Of a stretch of 64,000 nt of DNA, positions 41,406 through 59,211 are shown in pieces (position 1 is the first letter of the stretch; every line of letters begins with the position of its first letter). Both the position numbers and the translations under genes were made by a program. The stretch spans positions 598,150 through 662,149 of the forward strand of contig NW_027192195.1 in NCBI RefSeq assembly GCF_041956535.1. The letters run 5' to 3'. Under the pieces are notes generated by a model. It was given only the letters and a program-made list of their open reading frames with translations. It was not told where the DNA came from and did no database searches. The DNA is from Calcarisporiella thermophila CBS 279.70. Lineage: Eukaryota > Fungi > Calcarisporiellomycota.

Positions 41406-42133
41406 TTTTCCGAGTTCATCTTCGGCGGAGTGCCTTTAAAATATTTCACTTATGATGCATTTCTTGTTAACTTTTAACAGAGTAAACCTTTTCATGTCGT
41501 AAACCTAGCCCATTTTCCCCCCACAAACATATCTATGTTATAAACAAGCTGGCACTTGCCCCCATAGGCACTCTGCTCGGTACTCGAAAGGGAAATACCA
41601 TCTCTGCTAGAGCTTTAGACAGAAGTCAAAGACCACCATAAAATGTACTGATTACGGGCGAAAGAAGGCCCGTTAGCCCAGTGAAAATATACTCAATTAA
41701 AACTAAGTGATGTCTGACGTAAGGGCACTATTTCTCCATTTCAGCATATCAATCTCCTGCACAAATTATTTCTAAATTCGTGTCAACTATATTTAACCTC
41801 GATGAATGCTTGAAAATGGATTTTTCTTTGTATGCAACAGTGTTGGAACCCATTTCCATTCTTATATTATCTAAATAATATGCAGTATAAAGTTTTGACA
41901 TTATGATTGACAGGCCGATGCCCTACATAAAGTTCAAACTGGCAAGAAGCCCATTTTTTGCGGCGAACGTATGCCCAACTAATTTAAATAGCTTCTCTCT
42001 ACTGCCGCTCCAATATTTTTGTCTAATTTCTTTCTTTTTTTTCGCATTCTAGCGTATCGCTATATCTAAGCAAAGTCAATCTATAGTGCGTGCCCTGTAT
42101 AATCCGAAACCGTACCGCTTTCTGCTCACTTGA

Positions 42134-43369
42134 ATGGACACCAATAAAATACCAAATGATTTGAGCCAGACTACCCTCTATTCTATTCAAACTAGGTCGG
42201 CCACAATCCTTCATGCCGGATATTTTCCTCCACAAAGACCAAGCCCATCAACCATATTGTCTGGCAATAACAATTCTCGCTGTGTATGTATCGAGACATC
42301 AGAGAAACCATTGGGCATATCACATTCTCAAGATGAAGAATCCATAAATCCCTCGGAATCCACTAGGCAAAAATGGACGAAGAGAATACCACGTCCCCCA
42401 AAGTGACTATTACTCATAAATCAATTCTAGCTTAATATTAAAATAACTGGTTCAATGTAGCTGTTTTATACTCTACCGGATGGAAAGGCAGCGTAGTATT
42501 CTCGAAGCACACCCTGGGATGAATAGCAGAGAGGTTTCTAAACTCGTGGGTAAGATGTGGAGAGATGAGCCAGATGAAGTGAAAAGCAATTATCGAAAAC
42601 GTGCAAATGAACTTAAGCAGCATCATAAACTTTCTTTTCCAGGTACTTATTCTTTAGAAGTTTGCTAATAACAGCACTTGTTTACAATAGATATGCAGAC
42701 TATAGGTTCAGTCCTAGCAGGAAAGGGAAGCAGCCTCGAGCTGTAGAATCAGAAAAAGCAAGTGTTTTCCTCCTAAATCAGACTGATCATTTCGCTTCGA
42801 TAGAGAGAAGCGTCAAGTGGCAATCTGAAAGGGAGGGAATCAGATTCATGAATTACCAAACGCCTCCCCCGCACTATTCATACCAAGGCCACTCACTCAA
42901 TATTTCCCAAATGGTTTTTGCCGATATGCGTCACTACAGCTCACATAGCGTCTTACTTAATTTAAATGTGCGGGAAGGTGCTTCAAAAAGGTTGGTCGAC
43001 GAGCTGGATAATAGGGCAGGATATATCCCCAGGGAGAAAAGAGACATTGAAAAGATTAGGTAAGAAAAATATTTGCTTTATTATACAGTATTAAAAATAA
43101 TCATCCATTTTGGGCTTAATGATTACATTATTCATCAATATAGCGCACCTTTACGATTCGAACCTCTTTCCACGGCTCCAGCAATTATATTCACCAGCTA
43201 TAAACAGTCTGGCCCTGAATCATCAGCTACAAGAAAAGAATATTATCCGTACTCCTATAGTAATGTGGTATGTGTATCTTTCGCCCCAAAAGTCATGTAC
43301 TTGAACTTAATTCAATCGCACTCTAGGATTTTCGAGAGCATTCTTTCTAGGTTTATTGTATTTACCTAA
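42134..43369 (+). CDS. MATA/SOX-type HMG-box transcription factor
   Basis: Spliced KRIPRPPN|CFILYR...EVSKLVGKMWRDEP..VK..Y...A...K..H...FP|DYRFSP. The 3' end is uncertain (43063 unspliced, or ~43350-43369 after splicing). Confidence 0.85.
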
Positions 43370-43674
43370 GGGAATACAAACATACCGCATTAATCCCCCC
43401 ATATAGAGAGAACTGAAGGCAGCTCTGTTTAATATATCCTGTGTCAAAATAAATGCATAAATAGAAACTTTGAATTATCCGTTCGGGACGCGTTTATCCA
43501 CTGAGTTAGGCCGAATAAAGAGCGTATAAATGCTGGCAACACACCATTGGAATTAGATATGTCATGGTTTAATAATATATATTTATAAGAATGTGCACTC
43601 GCTTATTACAAGGAGTAAATGTTTTTAATTATTTATATCTAATTTAAATGAAAATTGATGCAATAAAAAGGAAA

Positions 43675-48233
<4,559 letters not shown>

Positions 48234-48370
48234 TTTTCTCCTTGGGATGTTCACTCTAGTATCGCGTTCAACGTCCTCGTTACGAGGATTTAAAGATTGA
48301 CAGCTAAGCCGCCATTATTTTAATTGCGCGTTACACGTTTTCTTCAGAGATTTCACTGATTAAATTAATC

Positions 48371-48586
48371 ATGTTAAGACGCAAGCCAACACGCATTGAG
48401 TTACGTCAAGAAGACGTTCATGAGTTTGAAAATCTACGTCGAGAGCTGATCCAACATAAGCAACAGCAGGCAGAACAGCAGCTGCAGCTCCAACAAAAAG
48501 ACGATGAGAAATCTCATATTAAAGATTTAGAATCAATACTAGAAAAAAGGAGATTGAAGAGCACAGTTGAACGTATAGGGATCTAG
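48371..48586 (+). CDS. CDC26: Anaphase-promoting complex subunit Cdc26
   Basis: The N-terminus MLRRKPTRIELRQEDVHEFENLR matches the CDC26 signature; 71 aa. Confidence 0.88.
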   Translation: MLRRKPTRIELRQEDVHEFENLRRELIQHKQQQAEQQLQLQQKDDEKSHIKDLESILEKRRLKSTVERIGI

Positions 48587-48791
48587 GAGTATGTCTCTAG
48601 CTTTTCCTGTTGTGTAAATTAGCTCACAATATTAATATGATTCACAAATGTTACATATCTTGCGAAGACATCCTTTACGCCTCTTTTCTTTTTTCTTGTG
48701 TCAATAAATTTAGAGCATTCAAATTATTTAAACAGCCCAAGCATAAATTAATAGGGATATTTTTATTTGCAAAAGTGTAACATGACATTAT

Positions 48792-49445
48792 CTAGTCATC
48801 CTCGGGCTCAGCGGCCTTCCCCTTCTTGCCCTTGCCAGCTGTTGTTTCGACAACCAGATCCTCCACACCAGTGTTGCGGGCTAAACCAAGTAAATGGAAA
48901 ATTAGCGACCAACTGAAAAAAGTATTATAGGAATAGCAAACGATTCTTACTGTAGATTAGCTGAGAGCCGTGAGTAGAGATGCGGCGGATAAGTCCCTTA
49001 GCCTCCAACTCGCGGATAGCAACGCGTGCGAGAGAACCATTGATGCGCAGGCGCTCAGTGAGAACTGAGGAAGTGATGAGCTTGTAAGTGGGAACCTCCT
49101 TGAACAGCTTGTCGAAAGCGGTCTTGTCAAAGACGACGGCATTGTTGGCCTTATCCTTAACTTTCCCTTTGGACCACTTCTTCTTGTTCTTGTTGGAACC
49201 ACCCGAGGGTTTAGCAGCGGCTTCCTTCTTGGCCTATTGTAGAAATAGAAATAGACATTTAAGAAACAGTGCTGGTGAATTGATAAGACCGAAACGGATG
49301 AATTCCCAAAACTGGGCTGGCAATGAGATGGAGCCATTCATAATTTCAAAAGCGCATCCATTATCCATGCATATCGCCACCGTCAATGCATCCATCCATC
49401 TTCTTATCATCTCATGTTTCCACTAAAAGTTAGATAACTCACCAT
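48792..49445 (-). CDS. RPS25: 40S ribosomal protein eS25
   Basis: ATG|intron, [46 protein letters not shown]|TR. Confidence 0.95.
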
Positions 49446-50216
49446 GTTATTTCACTAGTCGTAAGTTAGGGACGACGAAGAGGAGGAACACTATAAGGAT
49501 GTAGGATATCTTTTAAAACCCTCTGTCTCGAAAATGGATACGTCATCTGTGGCTTAGAAATTGAATTATTGATGCTTAAATAGTTGAGCTTTGAGAATCG
49601 CAAAAATACGCATTCGAATTTAGAGTTATTTCTGGCGGTAAGATTTTCGCATGCTTCTAACTGTGTCAATATATATAAAGGAACATTGGGGATATATTTT
49701 TATTAGTATTGGATCAATTAATCCAATACTTCGATTTCCAATTTCGACGTGTAGCCATTCGAAGGAAAACCTTCTCGACTACTGGCACGACGGTCGTTGT
49801 GTAGATGTATAATACTTAGATCAAATTCTCTCAAAACTGAAAAAGTATTGTGAAAAGTGGAGTGGATTTTTAATCCAACAGTCTTACCCCTGCTGGTTCC
49901 TTCAATATATCAATGCTGTACGGGCTTTTATTTTTCCAAGTAGACCATTTAAGTTGCCTGTGTGTCAAGTAGCAGCTCTTTTAGTAATCTCTATATATTT
50001 CTATATTTTAAATGGTAGGGGCAAATTTTAGTATATCAAGGTTCAGCATATGTAGTATGTAATAGTATTTTATAATATATTTTTAAAAAGGGCGGAATAC
50101 ACCATACAACAAAGAACCCCAAGAGAATCTAAGATAAAATAGAGAAAGGAGAAAGCAAAGTATTTATATCAAGTGAATGAATTGGAGCAAATCACTCATA
50201 TATATTTTATGGTGTT

Positions 50217-51647
50217 CTAAGCTTGGTGCAGGCCAGCGTTGATCATTGCCTAAGAAAAATGAAATTGGAGATTAGAATCCATTTCCGTAATTGAGAGGCA
50301 TTGAAAGAGTTACCTCTTTCATAAATTTGCCGAGCTGTGCGGGGGATTGAGATACGATGACGCCAGCTTTTTCAAGTGCTGCAATCTTATCCTTTGCACC
50401 ACCCTTGCCACCAGCGATAATGGCTCCAGCATGGCCCATTCTTCGGCCGGGAGGAGCAGTTAGACCAGCAATGAAGGACACGACAGGTTTTGGCTTGGAA
50501 CGTGTCAAGTTGTTCTCGATGAGATACTGCGCGGCTTCCTCTTCAGCGGATCCTCCAATCTCACCAATGAGAATGATTCCTTTGTGTAAGTGCAACTAGG
50601 TCAGTAATCTCCTACAGGCATACCTTATCTATAACGACATGTTACCTTGGGTGTTCTCATCCTCCAAAAATACCTTCAAGCAGTCGATAAAGTTGGTGCC
50701 GTTGAAGGGATCACCGCCGATTCCGACGCAAAGAGATTGTCCCAAACCAGCCTCGGTGGTCTGGTTGACAGCCTCGTAGGTAAGAGTTCCGGATCGGGAC
50801 ACAATACCGATATTGCCCCTTCGGTGAATGTGACCGGGCATGATGCCAATCTTGCACTGTTCAGGTGCGATAATGCCAGGGCAATTGGGGCCAATTAGGC
50901 GCGTCTTAGACTGTGTCTTGAGGGCTTGAACAACCTAGGAGCAATGAAGAATAAACTCAAATGAACATCATGAAGCTAAAACCCAAACTAATGCAAAATA
51001 CGAACCTTCACCATGTCGTTCTGAGGGATACCTTCAGTAATACAAACAACCAAGGGAATTTCTGCTTCAATAGCCTCAAGAATTGCGCCACCAGCCATTG
51101 GGGGCGGAACATAGATTACGGAAGCATCGGGGTTTACACCTTTAGCAGCCTGTTAGCGGGTTAAGGGCAAATCAATCGAATGTTTACAGTAAGCAATGTT
51201 TAGTGTGAAAATTTCTGAACAAACCTCAGCAACAGTGCCAAAAACGGGGAGACCTAGATGCTCTTTTCCAGCCTTGCTGGGGGATACACCGCCGACGATG
51301 CGGGTTCCGTACGCAATTGCTTGCTGGGAGTGGAAAGTTCCCTGTATTTAAAATAATTATTAATATTCAATTTTTCATTCGGAACACTCCTTGATGCAAG
51401 TGTTCAGGAAATTGAACAATCACCTGTTTTCCAGTAAATCCTTGAACAATGACTTTGGTGTCCTTATTGATAAGCATATTGCGAGCGGTATCCGTATAGG
51501 ATGATGCAGGCGTAGAGAATTGACGGCGAAGAGCTATATATGCCAAATAAACAAAGCTATCTATAAAATAAAAAGGATGAACACGCAAAAAATATTAAAT
51601 AGGTTACCCGCGCCAGAGCGCATTGCAACAGTCCTGAGGCCGAACAT
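50217..51647 (-). CDS. LSC1: Succinyl-CoA ligase alpha subunit, mitochondrial
   Basis: QGFTGKQ|[41 protein letters not shown] phospho-His motif. Confidence 0.97.
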
Positions 51648-51893
51648 ATTAGTTTCGAGAAAGAGTGAAAAACCTCAAAAGATGGATTGTAAAGAGGATG
51701 GAACCCGGAACGAAAATGCTAGTAAACGTGTTGTCGATTCGAAAATCCCACGAATTCAAAATTGACCAAGCCACATATGGCTTAGTACTCGTCAGCTCTA
51801 GCTGACGCGTTTCCAGGTGCTCTTTATTTTTTTCGAGGCCAAAAGAAAAGGAACTACTTTACTCTTTTTTTTTCTTACTTTAAATATTTAGAA

Positions 51894-52746
51894 ATGTTCC
51901 TAACACGATCCGAGCACGATCGCGGTGTAAACACCTTTTCTCCTGAAGGGCGCTTGTTTCAAGTTGAATATGCAATAGAAGCCATAAAAGTATTGCCCAC
52001 TTTTATTTTCATCATATAATCTGGCCTCATTTGAACTTTCTTTGCTTTAGTTGGGATCCACTGCTATTGGCATCCAGACATCAGAAGGCGTGGTACTTGC
52101 TGTCGAGAAACGTGTTACTTCACCTCTACTTGAGTCGAGTTCAGTGGAGAAAATCACTGAAATTGATTCCCATATTGGATGTGCAATGAGTGGCTATACT
52201 GCCGATGCTCGTACGATGATAGAGCATGCGCGAGTAGAAGCCCAGAACCACACGTTTACTTATAATGAACGCATTAAGGTTGAGAGTCTTACACAAGCTG
52301 TATGCGATCTGGCTCTTCGATTTGGAGAGAGTGCCGATGGAGGAGGTGCAATTATGAGTAGACCCTTTGGTGTGGCATTATTGATCGCTGGAGTGGATGA
52401 AAATGGACCGCAGCTATTCCATGCAGATCCAAGCGGAACATTTATGCGATTTGATGCAAAAGCTATTGGGTCCGGCTCCGAGGGTGCGCAAACTGAGCTC
52501 CAAGAGGAGTATCACAAGGTAAGTGAGGAATTGCATAGTTGTTTAACTTTTCATTTTTAACACGGCTGAACTTTGCTCCAGTCCATGAATCTGTCGGATG
52601 CAGAGACACTTTCACTCAAGGTTCTCAAACAAGTGATGGAAGAAAAGCTAAACAAGAGCAATGTGCAGCTCGCCTCTGTTACGAAGGACAAGGGCTTCAG
52701 AATTTACGCCGAAGATGAGTTGCAGAAAGTTATTGAGAGGCTCTGA
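51894..52746 (+). CDS. PUP2: 20S proteasome subunit alpha-5
   Basis: [32 protein letters not shown]|[27 protein letters not shown]. Confidence 0.97.
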
Positions 52747-53280
52747 TTATTTTCTGCTTTTTTTGTTCGTTTGTTATATTTTCATTTATTTTCTTTTTCC
52801 TCTCCCTTTCTTTTCAAGTATAAAATGGAATAGTATGTATATTTCTCTATTGCTCTTTGACTTTGGAGAAACTTTTCTGTGGGAGATAATTTTGCATATT
52901 CCTCGTATAAATATTCAAACTTGCAAAAGAACAAGGCTTCAACCTTATAGACTCACCTCTCATGCCAAGTTTAGTCCTATTGCTCTTGCTATTACTCTTA
53001 AGAACTCAACAAGAGGCTGGCATGATCCTTGTGATAACACCAATAAGAGAGTTGAGCTTAAATGGAAATCTGCTTTCATGTGAGCTACCAAATGTATGCG
53101 AGTTAGAGCATTCAGTCAAAATTAATTCGCGAATTATGCACTGGGATTTACCAACCCATACGCCTAACCTCGCTACTTCTTATACCTCACACCTTAAACA
53201 AAGCGCCTCTATGGCCTTTTTAGAACACAAATTCCTGAACCATTGGCACTTTCACTTTCCATTTGAAAAACTAGTAGAGC

Positions 53281-55852
53281 ATGCGCTCCGCACCAGAATT
53301 CAGATCTACTTCTCTTCAAGAGAAGAAAGTGGATTCTTCCTCAAGCTCTTCGAGCTCCTCTAACCACCAACCCGATCAATTTAACGATGTGGCGAGCGAG
53401 CTGCATGACGGAGAATTGGACAGAGAGGGTGACATCAACGGCGAGACAATGGAAGATGAGAAGCATAAAAAACATCACACAGAATTGTACCCTCTAATAG
53501 CTGGGTATCTTGGTCCTTTCTCCTTTTTACTGAATATAACCCCAGTATTTGAACCTTGGTTGACCAATACTGATGGGCAAGCAATCGAGGATAAATCGCA
53601 AGGTAATTGTTTAATAAACGTATTTATACATCATGCTTCTCATCACGATTTTTCATAATATAGAAATGTTTATTCTATTAATATTTTCTATTATTGCTTC
53701 GCTCATTTGTAATGCCTCAATGTTTGCCCGTTTTCTAGAATATAAGACCGTTTACTCCATTTATATTGCCTGTATTGCGTCCCTTTTTAATGGTAATGCC
53801 TTTTCTCTACAACCGCATAGCTCCCTCAAAATTGAGTTGGTTTGCTTCTCTAGATATTTTTAATATATCTACCATAATCCTATTCCTCACTCGTGACACA
53901 ATTCGGCCGGGTAGTATTATTGCAGAAGGATTTTGGAGTACGGTGGCTGCCTCTGTAGTTGGGCTGGTGGTAACTCTGCTGCTTAGTGTCGATCGAATAG
54001 CAAACAGGAAACGTCTACTAGACAAAAGTACAATGTTTTTAATGTCTTGCTTTGCTACACTTTTCTTAAATATTGAGCATTATTGTTAGGGTGTTATATA
54101 ACACATTCACAGCGTCTGGTGCTATTGGTTACGCTATCATGTGCTATCTGGATTATTAGCGGAGCCGCCGTCTACAGTGCCATTGAGGGTTGGAGATTCT
54201 TGGATAGCATGTATGATATTAATTGAATTTTCAAGATTCTCTTACTGATTCTCTTACTGAAGAAATCCCCTCACATTTTCAGGTTTTTTGCCGTCGTCAC
54301 TTTAGCCACCATTGGGTTTGGTAATCTAGTGCCCACCACCGTTGCGGGCCAAATCTTCTTGTTTTTTTGGGCAACCATTGGGATTCTACTTTTCGGTATC
54401 TATACAACCATCCATATCCTCCCACTGAATATCAATTTAGGATTTTTTGCGCTCCCCATATCCTAGCTGCTCTGCTTACTTCTATTCGAAAAGTCATAAT
54501 TGAGGAGTTTAATAACCGGATACTCGCACGTGCGAGAATACGGCGTATGAAACGCTTGCGTCGGCAACTTACAGCGAAAGAAAGTCAAATGAAATGGTCC
54601 AATTTCTGGGGATTAAAATGGATTAGGGTGAAAAAAACCCAGATTGAGTCTGAGCCTGGGTCACCAAGTAGTGCTGCGCAGGAAACTTTAAATGTCGACT
54701 CGACAGAAGCAAGAGAGGTTGATATTGAAGCGAAGAGTCGGGACGAAGACAGCCATGTAGAGAAAGGGAATACGGAAATGGAATTGGAAAGAGACGAGGA
54801 AAAATCGCAGGGGGAGGAAGCACCTTCGTTACGTGAGTCGGATCATTCTTCAACATCCGATTCACACCCAGTAGACAAGGCGGAATGGGCGCAATTAGAG
54901 GAAATAGAATATTCAGGCAAAGTGCCAGTAGCCGTGACTATCTTTTTGATATTTTGGCTACTTGGAACGTTCATTTTTATGCTCACAGAGAGTAATATAT
55001 TTCCAATACTCTAGCAAGTTCTGAAAGTAGCGCCATTAATAACTAATATTCCGTTGATTAGGATGGGGCTTTCTCGAAGCTTTCTACTTTTCATACATCT
55101 CATATACAACCATTGGTTATGGCGATCTAGTTGTAAAATCAATTGCTGGAAAGTACGTATTGGATAAAACTAGTGCGCGATTTTTCCAAACCTATATCTC
55201 AAAATTTTTTTTAAACAGATCAATATTTACGATTTATGTATTCATTGGGTTGCCGGCGCTCACGCTTTTATTTTCTCTAATCGGTGAGCTCGTCTGGAAA
55301 CGCCTCACCCTATACCTTATTAAAAGAGAGAAAAGAATCCGTGATGCGCAGCAATTGCGACAACTCCGTGAAGCAATGAACAATTATGTGGAAGAGGAAG
55401 TTGGTGTTACCTCGATTTCTTTGGACCCGGACAATCAAGAGCCTGATATCGAGATTTCATCCATAAAAACAGCTACATCCAGCGCAGGCCCGTCTCGCCC
55501 TTCAATTGATCCTCATCTTAACAAGCTTGCAAGGAATCTGATCGAATCAGCACAATTATTCAATGAACATATGAAACACATTTTGCATGCAAATGTATCA
55601 GAGCTTGAGATTGAGACGAGTAAATCGGATTCTGGCACGTACAATACTTTGGATGAAGCATCGGGAGGAAAGTCTTTTTCGAAACAACGTTCTCGAAAAT
55701 CAACGATGGGCCATGGACTCGATGTGGTTCACGTTGTGACAGGTCGTGAGATAGAATGGGGATTGCTCATAAAATATCAACGCCTATTCTCTACTCTGCT
55801 TAAGAATGCCGAGGATTATTTAAAGGAAAGTAGCAAGAAGACAACGTCATAA
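53281..55852 (+). CDS. TOK-type two-pore, eight-TM potassium channel
   Basis: Two pore loops (TLATIGFGNLVP, SYTTIGYGDLV) preceded by four extra N-terminal TM helices. Start codon uncertain. Confidence 0.88.
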
Positions 55853-56589
55853 TAGCATAGTAAATATAGATTATATTTATCATCTGTACATTTTTCATTT
55901 GCTTTTATCCTATTGAGATATTAACACCAGGGTCACTCTAATCTTTTAATTACATTGCCTCTCTCCTATTTAATATGCTATATGTCAGATTGTCTGTGTG
56001 TTTAAATAATTGTGATATGATTTCATTTTTATTCATCCACCCAACCCTACAAAAATGTTATAAAGAAAGTACAAAGCACCATGTAGCAGCATCTAGAAAC
56101 GTGAACGCTTCTCTATATTTTCGCTACTTTCTTTTATCGCAAGCGAATATTTAAGGAATAATAATGAAGCACGAACGTTTCCTGTTGCTACCACATGTCT
56201 CATTGTGTTAAATTTATAAGCTTTTTTCGTTTCATTTTCGGTGGACGCTAAAAAATCTATAAATTAGGGCAATAATGACAGCATGTTTTAATAATTTTAC
56301 ATTATTTGCATTTATCTACAGAAGGAATGAAGTAATATACAAGCGCCTCGATCGTAAAATGATTGTGGTTCTGTTCCTGATGTCGATTCATTCGCTACTC
56401 TAGTTATATATGCTTGACATAGTACAAGCTGGTTTATGGAATATCAAGGCCTGAAATATGTTAATATCATATTTGGGATTTTACTATATGATGGTAAAAT
56501 TCACTAACGAAGCCTCAATTTTGAATTAAATATCTCATTTTTTTGTGTATAATTTGTATTAATTTGTTATTCCATACATTGCCCTCCTG

Positions 56590-57472
56590 ATGGCAAGAAG
56601 AAGAGCAGAACATGACCGTATCTTCAACGACTTGGAACAGGACTTCCAAAGGTTGAATTCACTTGTAGCTGGAGGAGATGTACAACCTCTTGGTAAGTCC
56701 CGTTAGATTATTTTACTATTATTTTTGCATCTAGTAATAAATGCTGAAATATATTAAATATGGATAGGGGGCTATTCCCAGCCGTTATTTAAAGAGCTAG
56801 GTTAGTTAGCCCGATCGAATTCATCCATGGCCCAGCAAATTAATATATAATACGATGTTAGATCTAATAAGGCGGAAGCAGATCGCTCTTGCTGTTGAGC
56901 ATATTGCTCTTGAAAACATATTTGGCGAGGAGAACAAGCCAGCAATACCCGATGTGGAGAATGAAGCCTCAACCAAATCCTACCGCAAAAGTGTAGAAGA
57001 TCTTGCCAAAAAAGATCATGAATTAAATGGTTTGATGGCAAAGGTATTTGTTCCTAGCAATTACTTTGTACTATAGGTCTGTTATGTTTATTAATGGAAT
57101 GTGGTATAGCTGGAAGATTTGAGGCAATCTATGTCTGCTTTTCATGATCTCTCTTTGAATCGGATCCGTGTTAACCCGCAAGAAAAGGAGCAATGGAGAG
57201 AGGATGAGGAGGGTGAGAAAGAGGAAGAAGAGGAGCAGAAAGAGGGAACAAAACCGCCAAAAGATACGCGAAATCCCCGTGATGTACCAGCAAAAACCTC
57301 CTCTGTATATAAAAATACTCGTTCACCAAACCTACCTCAAATTATTACTGATCAACAACATCTTACTCCAAGAACGAAGTCAATTTCAACATCTCGTAAA
57401 AAGCATCCTTTGGCTATATTGAGCGATGAAGAACAACACACTATGGTAGAATCTCCTCGGCCTTTTGTATAG
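56590..57472 (+). CDS. Coiled-coil protein, CCDC28-like (4 exons)
   Basis: Consistent GT-AG exon chain. GDVQPLG...LIRRKQIALA...LNGLMAK|LEDLRQSMSAFH resembles the CCDC28 pattern; the family call is from recall. Confidence 0.6.
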
Positions 57473-57953
57473 ATTCCTTCCGTATGTTTATATGTACCTA
57501 ACGCATTATCATCTGTATTTACACATTGGAATATAAACTTTCCATAAAGTTACATCGAGCTATCTTCGATCAAAGAAAAACCTGGCTCCAATAAATGTTT
57601 GACACTTTAATACTGGCACAATCCTATCGTTGGTTTAGTGTATCTTCACATTTATTCAGTATGAATCGAAGAGAAAGTACAACAATCATTTCCTTAGAAA
57701 TGATATGTAGATATGTAAGTTTTACTGGTGGCCTAGGAGCAGGACTATGTAAACCGTTATTGCACATTATCAGCACACTCAGATAGTCTTTTAAGCTTAA
57801 AGAAGATTCTTTATTTATTTCCTTTATTATTTTATTTAGTAAGCTATGCCATGTATGATTAAGTTTTTATCCCTCGATTGTAAGGATTTGTCGGATGGTG
57901 GCTTATATTTATTAAAATCATCAATACGATGGAAACTAAGTATCCTCTCGAGG

Positions 57954-59211
57954 ATGACAGTACCCGAGAGGAAACCGATTGAAGATGCATTTCAGCTAAC
58001 ACTATTGAACTTGAAGCGGCAAATTTTTCAGCTCAGAGCCCTTCGACACCTTCAATGGAATAGCTCACCACTAAATGAAGTAGAGATTTCAAGCATCGAA
58101 TTTCAAGAACTTGTAGTACTAGAGGTATTTATAATTTCATCGATAATGCTGAAGCTTGAATTAATACCTTTGCGTTCTCACAGATATTAAAAACATCACA
58201 CTCTGAACGTTTTCCCTTGGATTCGTCCTACATACTTCGATTTTTGAAACAATATATGGCAATAATTGAGGCGGCCAATGGAGAAATATGTGACTCTCTT
58301 TACGATGTATTTGTCGAGGTTATGGCTGGAACAAATCAAAAATCCATGGATATTCCAGGAAGTTGTTTTAAGACCTACTTTTTGGACGATAATTGCAAGG
58401 AATTTATTACACTAAAAGAGGAGCAAATGGCTATATCTAAAGGAACCACTGGTCTTCGCAGTTGGAATGCAGGGTAACGAGAATATCATTCTAATCAACG
58501 TAGCTTGAAAATTTAGTTCATCTCTTTCTTTTTTAGCCTAGCACTTTCTGAATATATCATACAGCACACAGAAATTGTTCGTGGAAAGCATATATTGGAA
58601 ATAGGGGCGGGACCAGGCCTTTTAGGTTTGTTTGTATATCAGTATAATTATTGAATATACTTGTGATGTGAAGCATTTTGTTTCCATAAGGGCTGACATG
58701 CACTAAACTCGGCGCAAAGTACGTCACTCTTAGTGACGGATGCGACATGGTAATGAATCTGCTTGAGGAAAACATTTCGAATAGTAAGTAGTAAGATATA
58801 TCACTACTGGGCTAATTTTCTGAATATCAATTGTATGCTCTTCTCATATTAGATCAGGCCCACAATCATGCCTCTCCCCTCTTTCTTGATTGGGAAACCT
58901 CTTCCTCCTCATCCTTGACTCTCCTCTCCTCTCGCGTGGATCTCATAGTTGGAGCTGATATCACATATGACTCGCGCTACATACCCTACCTTGTGCGGGT
59001 TCTCACACATTTACTCTCAGACACAAATCAGGCTCTAATTGCATGCACAGTGCGAAATCAGGACACCTTCGAGGGCTTCTTGGGATGTTTGCAAGAATCT
59101 CCGCTACAATATGAGATAGACGAGGAGTTTGCTGGGACAGGAAAGTTGTTCTTTCGAGATGAGGTACATGGCCCTCTGGTGTTGCTGAGGATACGGAAGA
59201 GAAACGCATAG
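57954..59211 (+). CDS. EFM3: Protein-lysine methyltransferase, FAM86/EEF2KMT (Efm3)-like
   Basis: FAM86 N-domain (YILRFLKQY...E), GTTGLRSWNA, ILEIGAGPGLLG, LDW, GADITY, TVRN. Confidence 0.85.

Noticed and set aside
57929-58016. GTATCCT U12-like donor and an out-of-frame ATG at the EFM3 5' end
   Set aside because: There is no U12 branch point and no acceptor restores the frame. At most it is a short overlapping uORF (57929-57982).
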